A stretch of 64,000 nucleotides of DNA from Candidatus Thorarchaeota archaeon. Its GTDB lineage: Archaea; Asgardarchaeota; Thorarchaeia; Thorarchaeales; Thorarchaeaceae. Below the pieces are notes generated by a model. It saw only the letters and a program-made list of their open reading frames with translations, did no database searches and was not told the DNA's origin. A program made the position numbers and the translations under genes. The stretch covers positions 32,001-96,000 of the forward strand of contig JBHLQH010000005.1 in NCBI GenBank assembly GCA_048884965.1, in the 5' to 3' direction. Positions 1-9,726 of this stretch are shown here, piece after piece (positions within the stretch are counted from its first letter, which is position 1; each line of letters opens with the position of its first letter).

Positions 1-141
1 CAATCTCAAAGCCATGCTGCCTGGAGAGATCAATTACATAGTTGGTCCAGCAATAGCTACGATTATTGGCAAGTACTTCAATGAATCTCTTGAATACGCT
101 GCCCGAAGAGCTGGTATTGCATAGGTTAAATGCTGAGATTG

Positions 142-456
142 TCATGCGAGGTTTGAACTTAGCCACTCCAAATAGCTAAGAGACCCTGTTCGAATGGGAA
201 TCGTGATGAATTCCGGAGTTTCGTACGAATGGATTCTGAAAAGGAGTTCACTAAGCTCGTCTTCCATGTCAGCTTCAGTTTTCATCAAGAGGATGCATTC
301 TTCTTCATCTTCGACATTTCCTTTCCAGTGATAGATGCTTCTAATTCCTTTAATGATGTTCACACAAGCACATTTGCGTGAATCGACTAGTAATCGGGAA
401 ATACGTTCAGCGTCTTCATTCTTACAAGTAGAAATTGCAATGATGTATTTAGTCAT
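142..456 (-). CDS. cutA: Divalent-cation tolerance protein CutA
   Basis: CACVNI..I.SIYHWKG.VE...E..LLMKT and IHSYETPE motifs; 104 aa. Confidence 0.93.
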   Translation of the reverse strand: MTKYIIAISTCKNEDAERISRLLVDSRKCACVNIIKGIRSIYHWKGNVEDEEECILLMKTEADMEDELSELLFRIHSYETPEFITIPIRTGSLSYLEWLSSNLA

Positions 457-566
457 CCAATCACCTATTCTTTCCTTGAATGATTATCCAATTTGGTGTA
501 TCGTTAGTCAGCTTGGAAACATATATACACAAGGTACTTTCGCAATTGCTTCATCGGGTGAATGAT

Positions 567-1961
567 ATGGGGAAAAAATTTGTGCCCAGAGGCGTTATGC
601 CTGCTCTTGTAACCCCCTTCACGAAGGATGGAGATCTTATAGAAGACAGCTATAAGGAAATAATCGACTATGTCATAAGCCGAGGAGCTACTGGCGTTGT
701 TCCAGCAGGGACAACTGGCGAGTTCGTCTATATGCGAACAGAAGAGCGGAAGAAGCTTCTTCGTTTGACAGTGGACATCGTTGATGGTCGTGTTCCAATT
801 GTAGCCGGTACGGGACAGAATAGCACAAAGGCTACTATCGCATTGACAAAGTATGCTGAAGATATAGGATGCGATGCAGCATTAGTTATCTCTCCTTTCT
901 ACTTGAGACCCGGTGACAAAGGTTACTATGAGCACTACGAAAATGTTGCTAATCAAGGTAATTTGCCAATTATCCTCTATAATATACCTCAATGCACTCT
1001 TGGTGTTCTCACCTCATCAGTCGTTGAAGATTTGGCAGAGCTTGACAATGTCGTTGGAATCAAAGATAGTAGTGGAGTGATTCCACATACTGTTGAATTG
1101 ATTCAGAAACTAAAAGGAAAGATACCTGTCCTCATCGGTCATGATGAGTGCTTCTTATCTGCAGTTGCTGCTGGTGCACAAGCTGCAATTCTTGCATCTG
1201 CGAATATTATCCCCCATATATGGCTGGAGATCATGGAAAAAGTTCAGAGTGGTGATATCCCAAGAGCAATGGAACTTCAACACTCAGCTCAAACATTCGC
1301 CAGAATCGTAACTCGAAATGGAGGAGCTCCTCCTGTTAAGGCCGCTTTCAAGATGATGGGCATCAAAGCTGGCAAATCAAGAATGCCGCTAGATACGGGT
1401 GGCACATTATCAGTGGAGTTGAAGGATGAGATACGATTGGAACTCGAAACCCTTGGTCTTCTTGAGCCATTACATACTTCATCCATTGATACAAACATAA
1501 GTATTGAGAAGCTGCTTGCAGATGAGGGTTTTGAGGTTGGCTCAGAGGTTCTTCTGGGATCCGCTTCGTCTGAAAGGATTGCGGTAAGTGTCGCCGCTGG
1601 TCCCAAGAAGGGTGTCCTAGGTAGGGCTTTTGTGAAGCTACTTACTTCGCCTCGAATTGGGCACGAAGCACTTTCTGTTATTCTGGAACCAAATCTTGCC
1701 GTTAAACCGAGCAGCCTCATGGTACCAATGAAGACCATCACCTCTATGAGACAGGCCTCTTTCTTCTATGGTCCTGTTCAGTCAGGTGCTGCAAAGGCTT
1801 TTGCAGGAATCTTGGAGCATGGTAAAATCCCCACAAAATCGATTCTTGAAGATGTTGTAATCCTTGCTGTGGATGTCGACCTTCAGTCCCACAATAGAAG
1901 ACAAGTCACATCTGAAACAGAGCAAGTTGTGTCGCAAGCGCTGGAGGAAATCTGGAGGTAA
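567..1961 (+). CDS. DHDPS/NAL-family class I aldolase fused to a C-terminal formaldehyde-activating enzyme (Fae)-like domain (copy 1)
   Basis: GVMPALVTPF, GTTGEF, SPFY, LYNIP and GIKDSSG (Schiff-base Lys). The C-terminal GHEALSVILEPNLAVKPSSLMVP...YGPVQSGAAKA matches the Fae core. ATG at 567 after GGGTGA is preferred over 480. Confidence 0.85.
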   Translation: MGKKFVPRGVMPALVTPFTKDGDLIEDSYKEIIDYVISRGATGVVPAGTTGEFVYMRTEERKKLLRLTVDIVDGRVPIVAGTGQNSTKATIALTKYAEDIGCDAALVISPFYLRPGDKGYYEHYENVANQGNLPIILYNIPQCTLGVLTSSVVEDLAELDNVVGIKDSSGVIPHTVELIQKLKGKIPVLIGHDECFLSAVAAGAQAAILASANIIPHIWLEIMEKVQSGDIPRAMELQHSAQTFARIVTRNGGAPPVKAAFKMMGIKAGKSRMPLDTGGTLSVELKDEIRLELETLGLLEPLHTSSIDTNISIEKLLADEGFEVGSEVLLGSASSERIAVSVAAGPKKGVLGRAFVKLLTSPRIGHEALSVILEPNLAVKPSSLMVPMKTITSMRQASFFYGPVQSGAAKAFAGILEHGKIPTKSILEDVVILAVDVDLQSHNRRQVTSETEQVVSQALEEIWR

Positions 1962-1966
1962 ATAAG

Positions 1967-3442
1967 ATGAGTGAGAAATTCAAGTTCAAAGGTGTTTATC
2001 CCGCATTGGTAACGCCCTTCAATGAAGGTGGGATAGATGAAGCAAAATATCGTGTTCTCATCGATTACGTGATTAGATCTGGAGCTACCGGGATTGTTCC
2101 TTGTGGCACAACTGGTGAATTCACTTCAATGCGATTTGAGGAGAAAGTTGAGGCCATTCGAATTGCATGCGATGCCGCAAAAGGAAAGGTCCCAGTCCTT
2201 GCGGGAACTGGTGCTGCATATACTGGTGACGCAATAAAGATTACTAGAATGGCTGCAGAGTATGGAGCTGATGCAGCCTTAGTAGTTTCACCGTACTTCA
2301 TGAAACCCTCGAACAAAGAACTATTCGAGCACTACGAGAGAGTTGCCAACAATTCAGATATTCCGATCTTTCTCTACAATATCCCACAAGTCACTGGAGT
2401 GCCAATACACTGGACCGTTGTTGATGGTCTTCGTGAGATTGATGGCATTATCGGAATGAAAGACTCAAGTGGTGATTTGGTCAATTTGACTACCATCCTA
2501 GTGCGAAGACCGGATGATTTCCAAGTTGTTATTGGACATGATGAAGTTGCGTTACCTGCTTTGGCGAGTGGGTGTGATGGTGCAATTCTAGCAAGTGCAA
2601 ACATCTTCCCGAACAGATACATCAAAATGCAGAGTGCACTCGCGAATGGAGATTTGAAGGAAGCATTACTGGTACAACGAAGCATTCAGAAGACTGTACG
2701 AATCATTGTTAATCGGGGCGGTGGACTAGCAGTTAAGGTTGCTCTAAATATGATGGGAATCCCTGTCGGTCTGGCTAGGAAACCTCTTCTGAAAGGAGAT
2801 TCGATGTCCTATGAGGATATTGATGAACTAAGGACTTGCTTAGAGGACCTCCAGTTGATTCCTAAGGGTCCTGTGACATTCAAGATGGGCAAGAAGTCTG
2901 TCATTTCAGAAACCTATCCCAAAGCTGTAGGAATGGTCCCTAGTATTGTCGAGGATCTTACTTTATTGCATGGAGAGTCTCTTTGTGGTGCAGGAAATGA
3001 GGTGGCACATGTTGATCTTGTACTAGGAATTCGTGATGGTCCATTGAGTACTGCTTTGGAAGGCGCTGGTTCGATTCGCGAAGGCTATCATACTGCGGAG
3101 ATCATCAAGGATCTTCAGCCAACGACTGTCTTTGCACCAACCGTTACGATTACTCATGAGCACCACAAGAAGATGGTACATGATTTTGCAAAGAAGGCCG
3201 TCATTGATGCCGTGAAGAGAAGTATCACTGATGGAGTCATTCCCGATGAACTGGTTCCTGATATTCTCATTATGGCGAATGTCTTTGTGCATCCCAATGC
3301 CGTTAATCCTCGAAGAGTGCATATCAACAATTTTCGTGCTGTCCGTCATGCAATTAGACGCGCAATCGAAGGCAGATTCTCCACTGATGAGATAATTGCT
3401 AGGAAGGAATCTGCACGGCATCCGTTTGCATACAATCCATGA
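1967..3442 (+). CDS. DHDPS/NAL-family class I aldolase fused to a C-terminal Fae domain (copy 2)
   Basis: GTTGEF, SPYF, LYNIP and GMKDSSG. The C-terminal GESLCGAGNEVAHVDLVLG...VFVHPNA...NFRAVRHAIRRAI...ARHPF is typical of Fae. GGAGGT SD; starts 5 nt after the upstream stop. Confidence 0.88.
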   Translation: MSEKFKFKGVYPALVTPFNEGGIDEAKYRVLIDYVIRSGATGIVPCGTTGEFTSMRFEEKVEAIRIACDAAKGKVPVLAGTGAAYTGDAIKITRMAAEYGADAALVVSPYFMKPSNKELFEHYERVANNSDIPIFLYNIPQVTGVPIHWTVVDGLREIDGIIGMKDSSGDLVNLTTILVRRPDDFQVVIGHDEVALPALASGCDGAILASANIFPNRYIKMQSALANGDLKEALLVQRSIQKTVRIIVNRGGGLAVKVALNMMGIPVGLARKPLLKGDSMSYEDIDELRTCLEDLQLIPKGPVTFKMGKKSVISETYPKAVGMVPSIVEDLTLLHGESLCGAGNEVAHVDLVLGIRDGPLSTALEGAGSIREGYHTAEIIKDLQPTTVFAPTVTITHEHHKKMVHDFAKKAVIDAVKRSITDGVIPDELVPDILIMANVFVHPNAVNPRRVHINNFRAVRHAIRRAIEGRFSTDEIIARKESARHPFAYNP

Positions 3443-3452
3443 TTTCACTATA

Positions 3453-3480
3453 TAGGGGCCTTGAGCCCCTACACTTTTTC
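3453..3480 (+). terminator. Hairpin plus T-tract after the aldolase-Fae operon
   Basis: TAGGGGC-cttga-GCCCCTA followed by CACTTTTTC. Confidence 0.55.
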
Positions 3481-3743
3481 TATTATACGATTAAGAAAAA
3501 ACTGAATTTGGCCATATGTTAAGCGACTGAATTCAAGATTGTCTCAGATATTATCACATCCTTCTGTATACTATGTTCTATGGTACACTACATGAAGAAA
3601 CACGTTAAAACGCCATTAAAACCAATTCCAGAAGGAGCTATCTGGACATCGTCCTATATATACTTGGATTGCATTAACAAGAAACAAGTCTAGCATCCCA
3701 TTCAGGTGCCGCGCTATCCACCGCATCCGTTGGAGATCTAAAC

Positions 3744-3968
3744 ATGGCTGAAACCTGCGAGATTGCATTGAAGCAGATACCTTCACGCAATTTGAGGAAG
3801 CAGGTTAAAAGTTTCGTTAAAGGAGATGATGTACTCGTTCAGGACATTTCGGGTCAACTATATTCTGTTGAACTAAAACGGAATAAATTGGTTCTAAAAC
3901 CTGAAAAGAGTGTAGACGCACAAAATTCTGACGGGGGCTGTGCGTCTATACACTGTCTGAATGCATGA
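3744..3968 (+). CDS. Small hypothetical protein
   Basis: 74-aa ORF with GGAG upstream, in an otherwise empty gap; no recognised motif. Confidence 0.45.
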   Translation: MAETCEIALKQIPSRNLRKQVKSFVKGDDVLVQDISGQLYSVELKRNKLVLKPEKSVDAQNSDGGCASIHCLNA

Positions 3969-4212
3969 AGGTCGGAAGGTTTCAGCCAAATAATTCTTTC
4001 ATGAAGAGTGTGGCTTGTCTCAGCTTGCTCTTGGATCTTCATCGCTTTTGCTCCGACAGGGGTAACGGCTTCATAGACCTATCACAAGGATAGTAGCCAC
4101 AATATATCATAATTGATGAATCCTAATAAGGATTCGAATAAGACACACAACCTAGACCAGATAGGTTCTTGAAGGTGAATGTATAGCACGATTCTTTGAA
4201 AGGGGATGCCGC

Positions 4213-5259
4213 ATGAATCGAAATCTTCTCGGAAAGCACCTTATCCGATTAATAGGTCTCATCCTCTTTGTGGTAATCATACTTGGAACCGATTTCACAA
4301 ACGCAGAAGAGCTAGTTCTCAATATTGATGTAATTAGCTTCCTCTTCTTGACCTTCTTGGTTCTTCCAATAATGGCCTTCAAGGGATTACGATGGTATGT
4401 CATTGCACGAGGATTAAAGATAAACCTCAAAGCGACAGATGCCGTCGAAGGCTTGTGCATTGCTCAGATGACTGGTTTCTCACTTCCTGGATCTCTTGGT
4501 GACCTCATCCGGGTGCCTTTTCTGAAGTGTAGAGGGAATCCTTCTGACCGTTCTATTCTAAGCCTCTTCATCGATGCCATTGCAGCCGCGATTATTCCAT
4601 ACTCAGTTGCATTAATTGCATTGATCGAATTCTTCAACCTTGATGTGATCCTTATAGTTGCAGGTTTTGTATTCGGTGTCCTATTGCTTGGTGGCGGCTA
4701 TGCCCTCTATCGTCTGTTGAAAATCGTTCTTCGTCCTTGGGTCCTTCAAGCAAGGCTTAGACGGATTCAGAAAGGTGGTGCCGTCGGGAGATATGTTTTG
4801 AACTTACGTGAGTCAATTCGAATAATTGGGTTCCCAACTTTCTTGATAGCAGCTCTTGTTTCCGGAATTGCTTGGTTTCTTTACTCGGTTCAAGGATGGC
4901 TTCTTGCTCAAGTCCTCATGCTTGATATCTCTTGGTATCATGTAGCATTGGCTTTGACTTTGACATCAATGATAACTGTTCTGCCTATTTCGATTCAAGG
5001 GGTTGGTGTACGAGAAGGAATGCTTCTCCTTATTTTCAGCACACTCCTTGGATTCGAATCAAGTTCAGTTGTGATATTCTCTATTATTCTAACGATGATC
5101 TCACTTACTCCCTCTCTCTTTGGGTTCGTCAGTTGGATGCGTGATCCATTTGTTAAATTGGAGCCTGCTTCTGTAGAGGATGCAATCACTCAGCCCATAG
5201 AATTATTCCTAAATCTTCCAGCTTTTGATAGAGAAAATGATAGTTCATCGCTAGGATAG
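4213..5259 (+). CDS. Lysylphosphatidylglycerol synthase TM-domain / flippase-like membrane protein (UPF0104 family)
   Basis: KGLRWYVI, LPGSLGDLIR and LPISIQGVGVREG motifs; multiple TM helices. Confidence 0.85.
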   Translation: MNRNLLGKHLIRLIGLILFVVIILGTDFTNAEELVLNIDVISFLFLTFLVLPIMAFKGLRWYVIARGLKINLKATDAVEGLCIAQMTGFSLPGSLGDLIRVPFLKCRGNPSDRSILSLFIDAIAAAIIPYSVALIALIEFFNLDVILIVAGFVFGVLLLGGGYALYRLLKIVLRPWVLQARLRRIQKGGAVGRYVLNLRESIRIIGFPTFLIAALVSGIAWFLYSVQGWLLAQVLMLDISWYHVALALTLTSMITVLPISIQGVGVREGMLLLIFSTLLGFESSSVVIFSIILTMISLTPSLFGFVSWMRDPFVKLEPASVEDAITQPIELFLNLPAFDRENDSSSLG

Positions 5260-5301
5260 CCTCATATTGAAGGATGTTATCTATGGTTTGCGAATCATAG
5301 G

Positions 5302-6456
5302 GTGAGCGAGAATATGTCCAATTCCTCCAGAGTGATAAAACTCACACAAACACTTGTGTCGACGAATTCAGAAAGTCCTCCTGGGCAAGAGCGAGAGGTG
5401 GCGAACCTCCTCCGAGAGCATCTAGAACAATATGGCATTTCATGTACTTCTGTTGGACCCAATGACCGCCCAAATCTCATCTTCTCTACGAATGAAGATA
5501 CTCTTGGTCCAGTTGTATTTCACGGTCATATGGATACGGTTCCCGTTGGTGACTTGGAGCGGTGGAGTCATGATCCCTTCCTAGGCGAGATTCACGATGG
5601 TAAGTTGTACGGTCGAGGCGCATGTGATATGAAGGGACCATTGGCAGCCTTGACAGAGGCGATGATCCAGTATAATGACAAGAAGAATGATACTCCTTTT
5701 GTGCTATTGTGCACCTCTGATGAGGAAAGCGGGTGCTCTGGAGCTGAAGCAGTAGCTGATTCTGGAATCCTTTCTGGAGTCAAATACGGTGTGTGTGCTG
5801 AGCCTACTGATCTTCATGTATTGGTTGGCGAAAAGGGAATGCTATGGACAAAGGTGATTGCACACGGGAAAGCTGCGCATGGTTCCCGCCCGAGTGAAGG
5901 TGTTAATGCAATTCAACTGTGCTCTAAAGCAATTGAAGCGTTATCATCCCACGATTATCCCTATGAACTCAATGACTTAATGGGGATGATGTCATTGAAT
6001 GTTGGAATGATCAAAGGCGGCATAAAAATCAATGTCGTTCCAGATTATTGCGAAGCCAGCTTGGATATGAGAACAGTCAAAGGACAAAGCACAGAAAGGA
6101 TGCTGAATGAGATGAAACATGTCCTAAGAATTGCGGGTTTGGATGAATCTGTGTCAATCCAGTACATACATGGTAAACCTGCCGTTGTGACCCCAGAAGA
6201 TGCCACGATTGTCACTGTGACTACTAATGTTGTTGAATCAGTTGTTGGTAAGAAGCACCCTCTATCCGCTGCAACTTATGGCACGGACTGCTCAGTTCTC
6301 CAACCTCGTATTGGAATTCTGAATGTCATTTGTGGTCCCGGATCAATCGAACAGGCACATCAACCAGATGAATACATACAAGTAAGTCAATTGATGGAAT
6401 CAGTTGAAATCTATCTTAGAATAGCTGATAAAATCTCTGAGGTGGAATCTTCATGA
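5302..6456 (+). CDS. M20 family metallo-hydrolase (ArgE/DapE-like)
   Basis: HGHMDTVP, GRGACDMKG, DEESG, AEPT, GKAAHGS and AHQPDE motifs. Confidence 0.92.
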   Translation: MSENMSNSSRVIKLTQTLVSTNSESPPGQEREVANLLREHLEQYGISCTSVGPNDRPNLIFSTNEDTLGPVVFHGHMDTVPVGDLERWSHDPFLGEIHDGKLYGRGACDMKGPLAALTEAMIQYNDKKNDTPFVLLCTSDEESGCSGAEAVADSGILSGVKYGVCAEPTDLHVLVGEKGMLWTKVIAHGKAAHGSRPSEGVNAIQLCSKAIEALSSHDYPYELNDLMGMMSLNVGMIKGGIKINVVPDYCEASLDMRTVKGQSTERMLNEMKHVLRIAGLDESVSIQYIHGKPAVVTPEDATIVTVTTNVVESVVGKKHPLSAATYGTDCSVLQPRIGILNVICGPGSIEQAHQPDEYIQVSQLMESVEIYLRIADKISEVESS

Positions 6457-6528
6457 GAAAGATTAAAGGCCTAGCCCCGTTGATGTAGAACAGTCTTTGG
6501 TCAGTGCGAGGATTACAACTGAACGCGG

Positions 6529-6957
6529 GTGATTGTCATGCTTTTCGGACGCTCGAAAGATAAACCAATTATTAAGAAACTCAAGAAGATTCAAGTAGAG
6601 ATTGAGAAAGGAAAAATGCCAAAGCTTCCTGAAACACAATCTCGTCAAGATATCATTTCATCAATTTTTAGTGAAGATCTTGCCTCTATTGGACTTCAGG
6701 CTTCATCCGATTCTGGATATATTCCATCCTCCCAAACACCATTGGCGAAGTATCTGCGACGTTTTGGAGTTTCTGATGACATTATAGATGCAATCCTCAC
6801 AGGCTTGGGAGAGGAGGAAACTGCGAAAGCTGTCAGGGATGTAATTGAGGCTGCCGCAGATACTCCTGATATTGATATGCATGGAGAGTATCTGGAGCGA
6901 GCAAAGGAGCTCGCGGTTGAGGAATGGAAAAAACGAAGGCAGATTGAAACAAACTGA
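6529..6957 (+). CDS. Hypothetical helical protein
   Basis: Co-oriented ORF filling the gap in the operon; no recognised family. Confidence 0.7.
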   Translation: MIVMLFGRSKDKPIIKKLKKIQVEIEKGKMPKLPETQSRQDIISSIFSEDLASIGLQASSDSGYIPSSQTPLAKYLRRFGVSDDIIDAILTGLGEEETAKAVRDVIEAAADTPDIDMHGEYLERAKELAVEEWKKRRQIETN

Positions 6958-6968
6958 GGTGTTGGTCC

Positions 6969-7691
6969 ATGACAGAAATACTCTACATGACAGACAACTA
7001 CCTACGTGAATTTGAAGCAAGTATAACCGGAGTAACCAAGGACTCAATCATTCTCAATAAAAGTGCATTCTATTCTGAAGGTGGAGGTCAGATTGGCGAT
7101 ACTGGGATTCTGAAAGATGACCGTTTCGAAGTCAAAGTCCTAAACACCTTGAAGCGAGAGGAAGAGATTCATCATATTATTAGCGGTGTACATTCGTTCA
7201 AGGTTGGAGATTCAGTTACAGGAGTCTTGAATTGGAATCAGCGATACGAATGCATGAGGTTCCATACTGCGCAGCATATCCTTTCTAGATACCTTCAGAT
7301 TAACTATGGTCTAGAAACGGTTGGGAATCAGATCTCCTGCGGAACAAGTAGAGCTGACTACTCACCTTTGGATCAAATTGATGATGATATGAAGCAACGT
7401 GTTGCTGAAGGCGTGAATGAAATACTTGCAATGAACTTGCCAGTGAATATACAGTTTATGCCTCGACGCGATGCAATAGAATTCTTGAAGGAGCGAGGGT
7501 ATCAATATCGGTATCTTGAGATGGTTCCCCAACATGTTACGGATTTTAGAATAATTACAATTGGAGACTATGATGCGGCTTCGTGTGCAGGAACTCATGT
7601 CGCCAACACAAAAGAGATTGGAACTATACGCATCGGGAAAGCAAAGAACGTTGGATCGGGAAAGCGACGGATTTACTTCTCTCTTAGCTAA
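6969..7691 (+). CDS. alaX: Alanyl-tRNA editing protein AlaX (AlaX-M)
   Basis: FYSEGGGQIGDTG, HTAQHIL (HxxxH) and CAGTHV (CxGxH). Confidence 0.93.
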   Translation: MTEILYMTDNYLREFEASITGVTKDSIILNKSAFYSEGGGQIGDTGILKDDRFEVKVLNTLKREEEIHHIISGVHSFKVGDSVTGVLNWNQRYECMRFHTAQHILSRYLQINYGLETVGNQISCGTSRADYSPLDQIDDDMKQRVAEGVNEILAMNLPVNIQFMPRRDAIEFLKERGYQYRYLEMVPQHVTDFRIITIGDYDAASCAGTHVANTKEIGTIRIGKAKNVGSGKRRIYFSLS

Positions 7692-7753
7692 CTGGTTACA
7701 TGGTTGCCAACATCTTTATGTCTGAAATGTACTCTCAAAACAATGTGAGTGAA

Positions 7754-9046
7754 ATGAAGGCGCTCGTGCTAACTGCTGGACTCGGTAATCGACTTAGACC
7801 CTTGACGGAGAAACGGTCGAAATCAATGTTGATGATAGCTGGAAAACCTGTCTTACACTACATCTTTGAGAGTCTTAAGCAGAATGGAATTAAGGATGTC
7901 ATCGTTGTAGCTGGGCATGGAAGAGATGAGATAATTAGTCATTTTCAGCACGGCGGAGAAATTGGCCTTCAGATTCGCTATGTCATTCAACTCGAACAGA
8001 AGGGAGTTGAGGACGCTATTCTGTCTGCACGAAATGAGCTCGAGTCTGAAGACGAGTTCCTTCTTGTCAATGGTGATGTGCTTGTGGAACCAGAGATGGT
8101 CAGTCGAACCTTGACCAATCATAAGACTATGGACGCAAGTACTACGATGTTAGTAACTCTGGTATCAAATCCTGAGCAGTTTGGAACTATTAAAATTGGG
8201 AAAAATGGTATTGTCGAGCAGCTTGTGGAAAAAGGTGGACCTGATCGCTATGTCAGCAATTACGCTGTCGCAGGAGTTTCTGTCTTCAACTCTCAGATAC
8301 TCGCATTTCTTGAAAGATATGATACAATGGAGTCCGCAATTGAGCACATGATTAAGGAAAATCATAACATTCTCGCGTGTGTTTGGGAAAGGGAATGGGC
8401 GGAGTTCACTTGGCCTTGGGACATTCTCAAGGCAAATAGAATAGTGATGGATCGAGTATTGAAAGGAAAAGGCAGTTTCATTTCAGAGTCCGCAGAAGTT
8501 CATGACAGCGTTGTATTAGAAGGTCCCATCTATATTGATGACGATGCAGTGATTCGTCCGCATGCGTCTCTGAGGGGTCCCGTTTGGATTGGAAAAAGAG
8601 TCTATATTGGGAATAATTCTCTCGTTCGAGACTATTCAAGTCTATGCCAAGACGTTCATATCGGCTATGCCGTTGAGATAAGAAATAGTATGATATTTGA
8701 CAAAGTGGATATTGGACGGATGACCTATATTGCAGATTCTCTTGTAGGAGCCAATAGCTGCATTGAAGCAGGTGCTCAATTATGGAATTGGAGACCTGGC
8801 AACAAGCCTTTACATTTGGATGTTGGCGATGAGTCGGTCCAGATCCCTCTGAGCAAGTTTGGTGCTATAATTGGAGATGATGTAGTTATAGGAGTGAATT
8901 CATCGATATATCCTGCAAGACGAATCGGCGAAGGTAGCTTTATTGCACCTGGGTGTGTCATTGACAGGGATATTCCCCCGTTTAGCGAGGTTCGCAGTAA
9001 ACAAGACCTAGTGATCTCAAAACGCGAAAAGACCGAGAAATGCTGA
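7754..9046 (+). CDS. Bifunctional sugar-1-phosphate nucleotidylyltransferase/acetyltransferase (archaeal GlmU-like)
   Basis: MKALVLTAGLGNRLRPLT nucleotidyltransferase motif and a C-terminal hexapeptide left-handed beta-helix. The ORF is open from 7700. Confidence 0.88.
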   Translation: MKALVLTAGLGNRLRPLTEKRSKSMLMIAGKPVLHYIFESLKQNGIKDVIVVAGHGRDEIISHFQHGGEIGLQIRYVIQLEQKGVEDAILSARNELESEDEFLLVNGDVLVEPEMVSRTLTNHKTMDASTTMLVTLVSNPEQFGTIKIGKNGIVEQLVEKGGPDRYVSNYAVAGVSVFNSQILAFLERYDTMESAIEHMIKENHNILACVWEREWAEFTWPWDILKANRIVMDRVLKGKGSFISESAEVHDSVVLEGPIYIDDDAVIRPHASLRGPVWIGKRVYIGNNSLVRDYSSLCQDVHIGYAVEIRNSMIFDKVDIGRMTYIADSLVGANSCIEAGAQLWNWRPGNKPLHLDVGDESVQIPLSKFGAIIGDDVVIGVNSSIYPARRIGEGSFIAPGCVIDRDIPPFSEVRSKQDLVISKREKTEKC

Positions 9047-9091
9047 AAGAGCTAACTTGTCAATAAAAGTCCATTCCGGCCCATCTAAGAA

Positions 9092-9601
9092 TCACATATC
9101 ATTGTGTAAGGAAGGTAGCATTCCAAGCATTTCTAGAAGTGCATCAAGCTGTTCTATTTCATGTCCATCGAGCAAGCTCCTTATCTCTTGATATCCCAAG
9201 TATCTATCCTTTCCTGATCTGATGACATGGTCGAAGTATTTCCCAATGTATACTCTCTCAATAGCAAGGTATACTCCCAATCCTCTTGAAATTGCGTCCA
9301 GATCTGTATTCTGTTCATCAGGACTAGTATTCCTTTGAACAATATGGCTGAGTTCATGAGCGAGCAAACCGATTAGCGCAGGTTCTGGCCACTTCTTGAC
9401 TACTAAATTGCATCGAATTGTAGAAGTTATGCTAGATCCCAGTTCGACGAATGCAAAGGATGTTATTCTTTTCCAGGTTCCTAGTACTCCGACCTCTGAT
9501 AGTTCAGGATATGCATATGCTTTGATTGTTTCGATATACTCCTGCAGGGTCTTGCTTTGTGGAAACTGACTTTTTCTCACCTTGCATCGTTGCCTCACCA
9601 A
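9092..9601 (-). CDS. Hypothetical protein with an HExxH (zincin-like) motif
   Basis: GLLAHELSHIV followed by E..TD. Confidence 0.65.
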   Translation of the reverse strand: MVRQRCKVRKSQFPQSKTLQEYIETIKAYAYPELSEVGVLGTWKRITSFAFVELGSSITSTIRCNLVVKKWPEPALIGLLAHELSHIVQRNTSPDEQNTDLDAISRGLGVYLAIERVYIGKYFDHVIRSGKDRYLGYQEIRSLLDGHEIEQLDALLEMLGMLPSLHNDM

Positions 9602-9726
9602 CTAACCTATGCGCATCTTTTTAAGCCAAACTCTAGACAATCGCGATGAACTGCGGAGCAAGATAACGGAGAGTAATTACTATTAGCCGCAAGAAATGGG
9701 GAAAATCAGCCACGAAAACCGATAAG

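Noticed and set aside
1-124. 3' end of a plus-strand CDS entering the window
   Set aside because: It is probably real (frame ending ...AARRAGIA-stop), but too short to assign a product.
567-3442. Annotating the pair as dapA for lysine biosynthesis, with the M20 gene as dapE
   Set aside because: The DHDPS-specific Arg is missing, Fae domains are fused, and no dapB, asd or lysC is nearby. The M20 enzyme's specificity cannot be determined from motifs.
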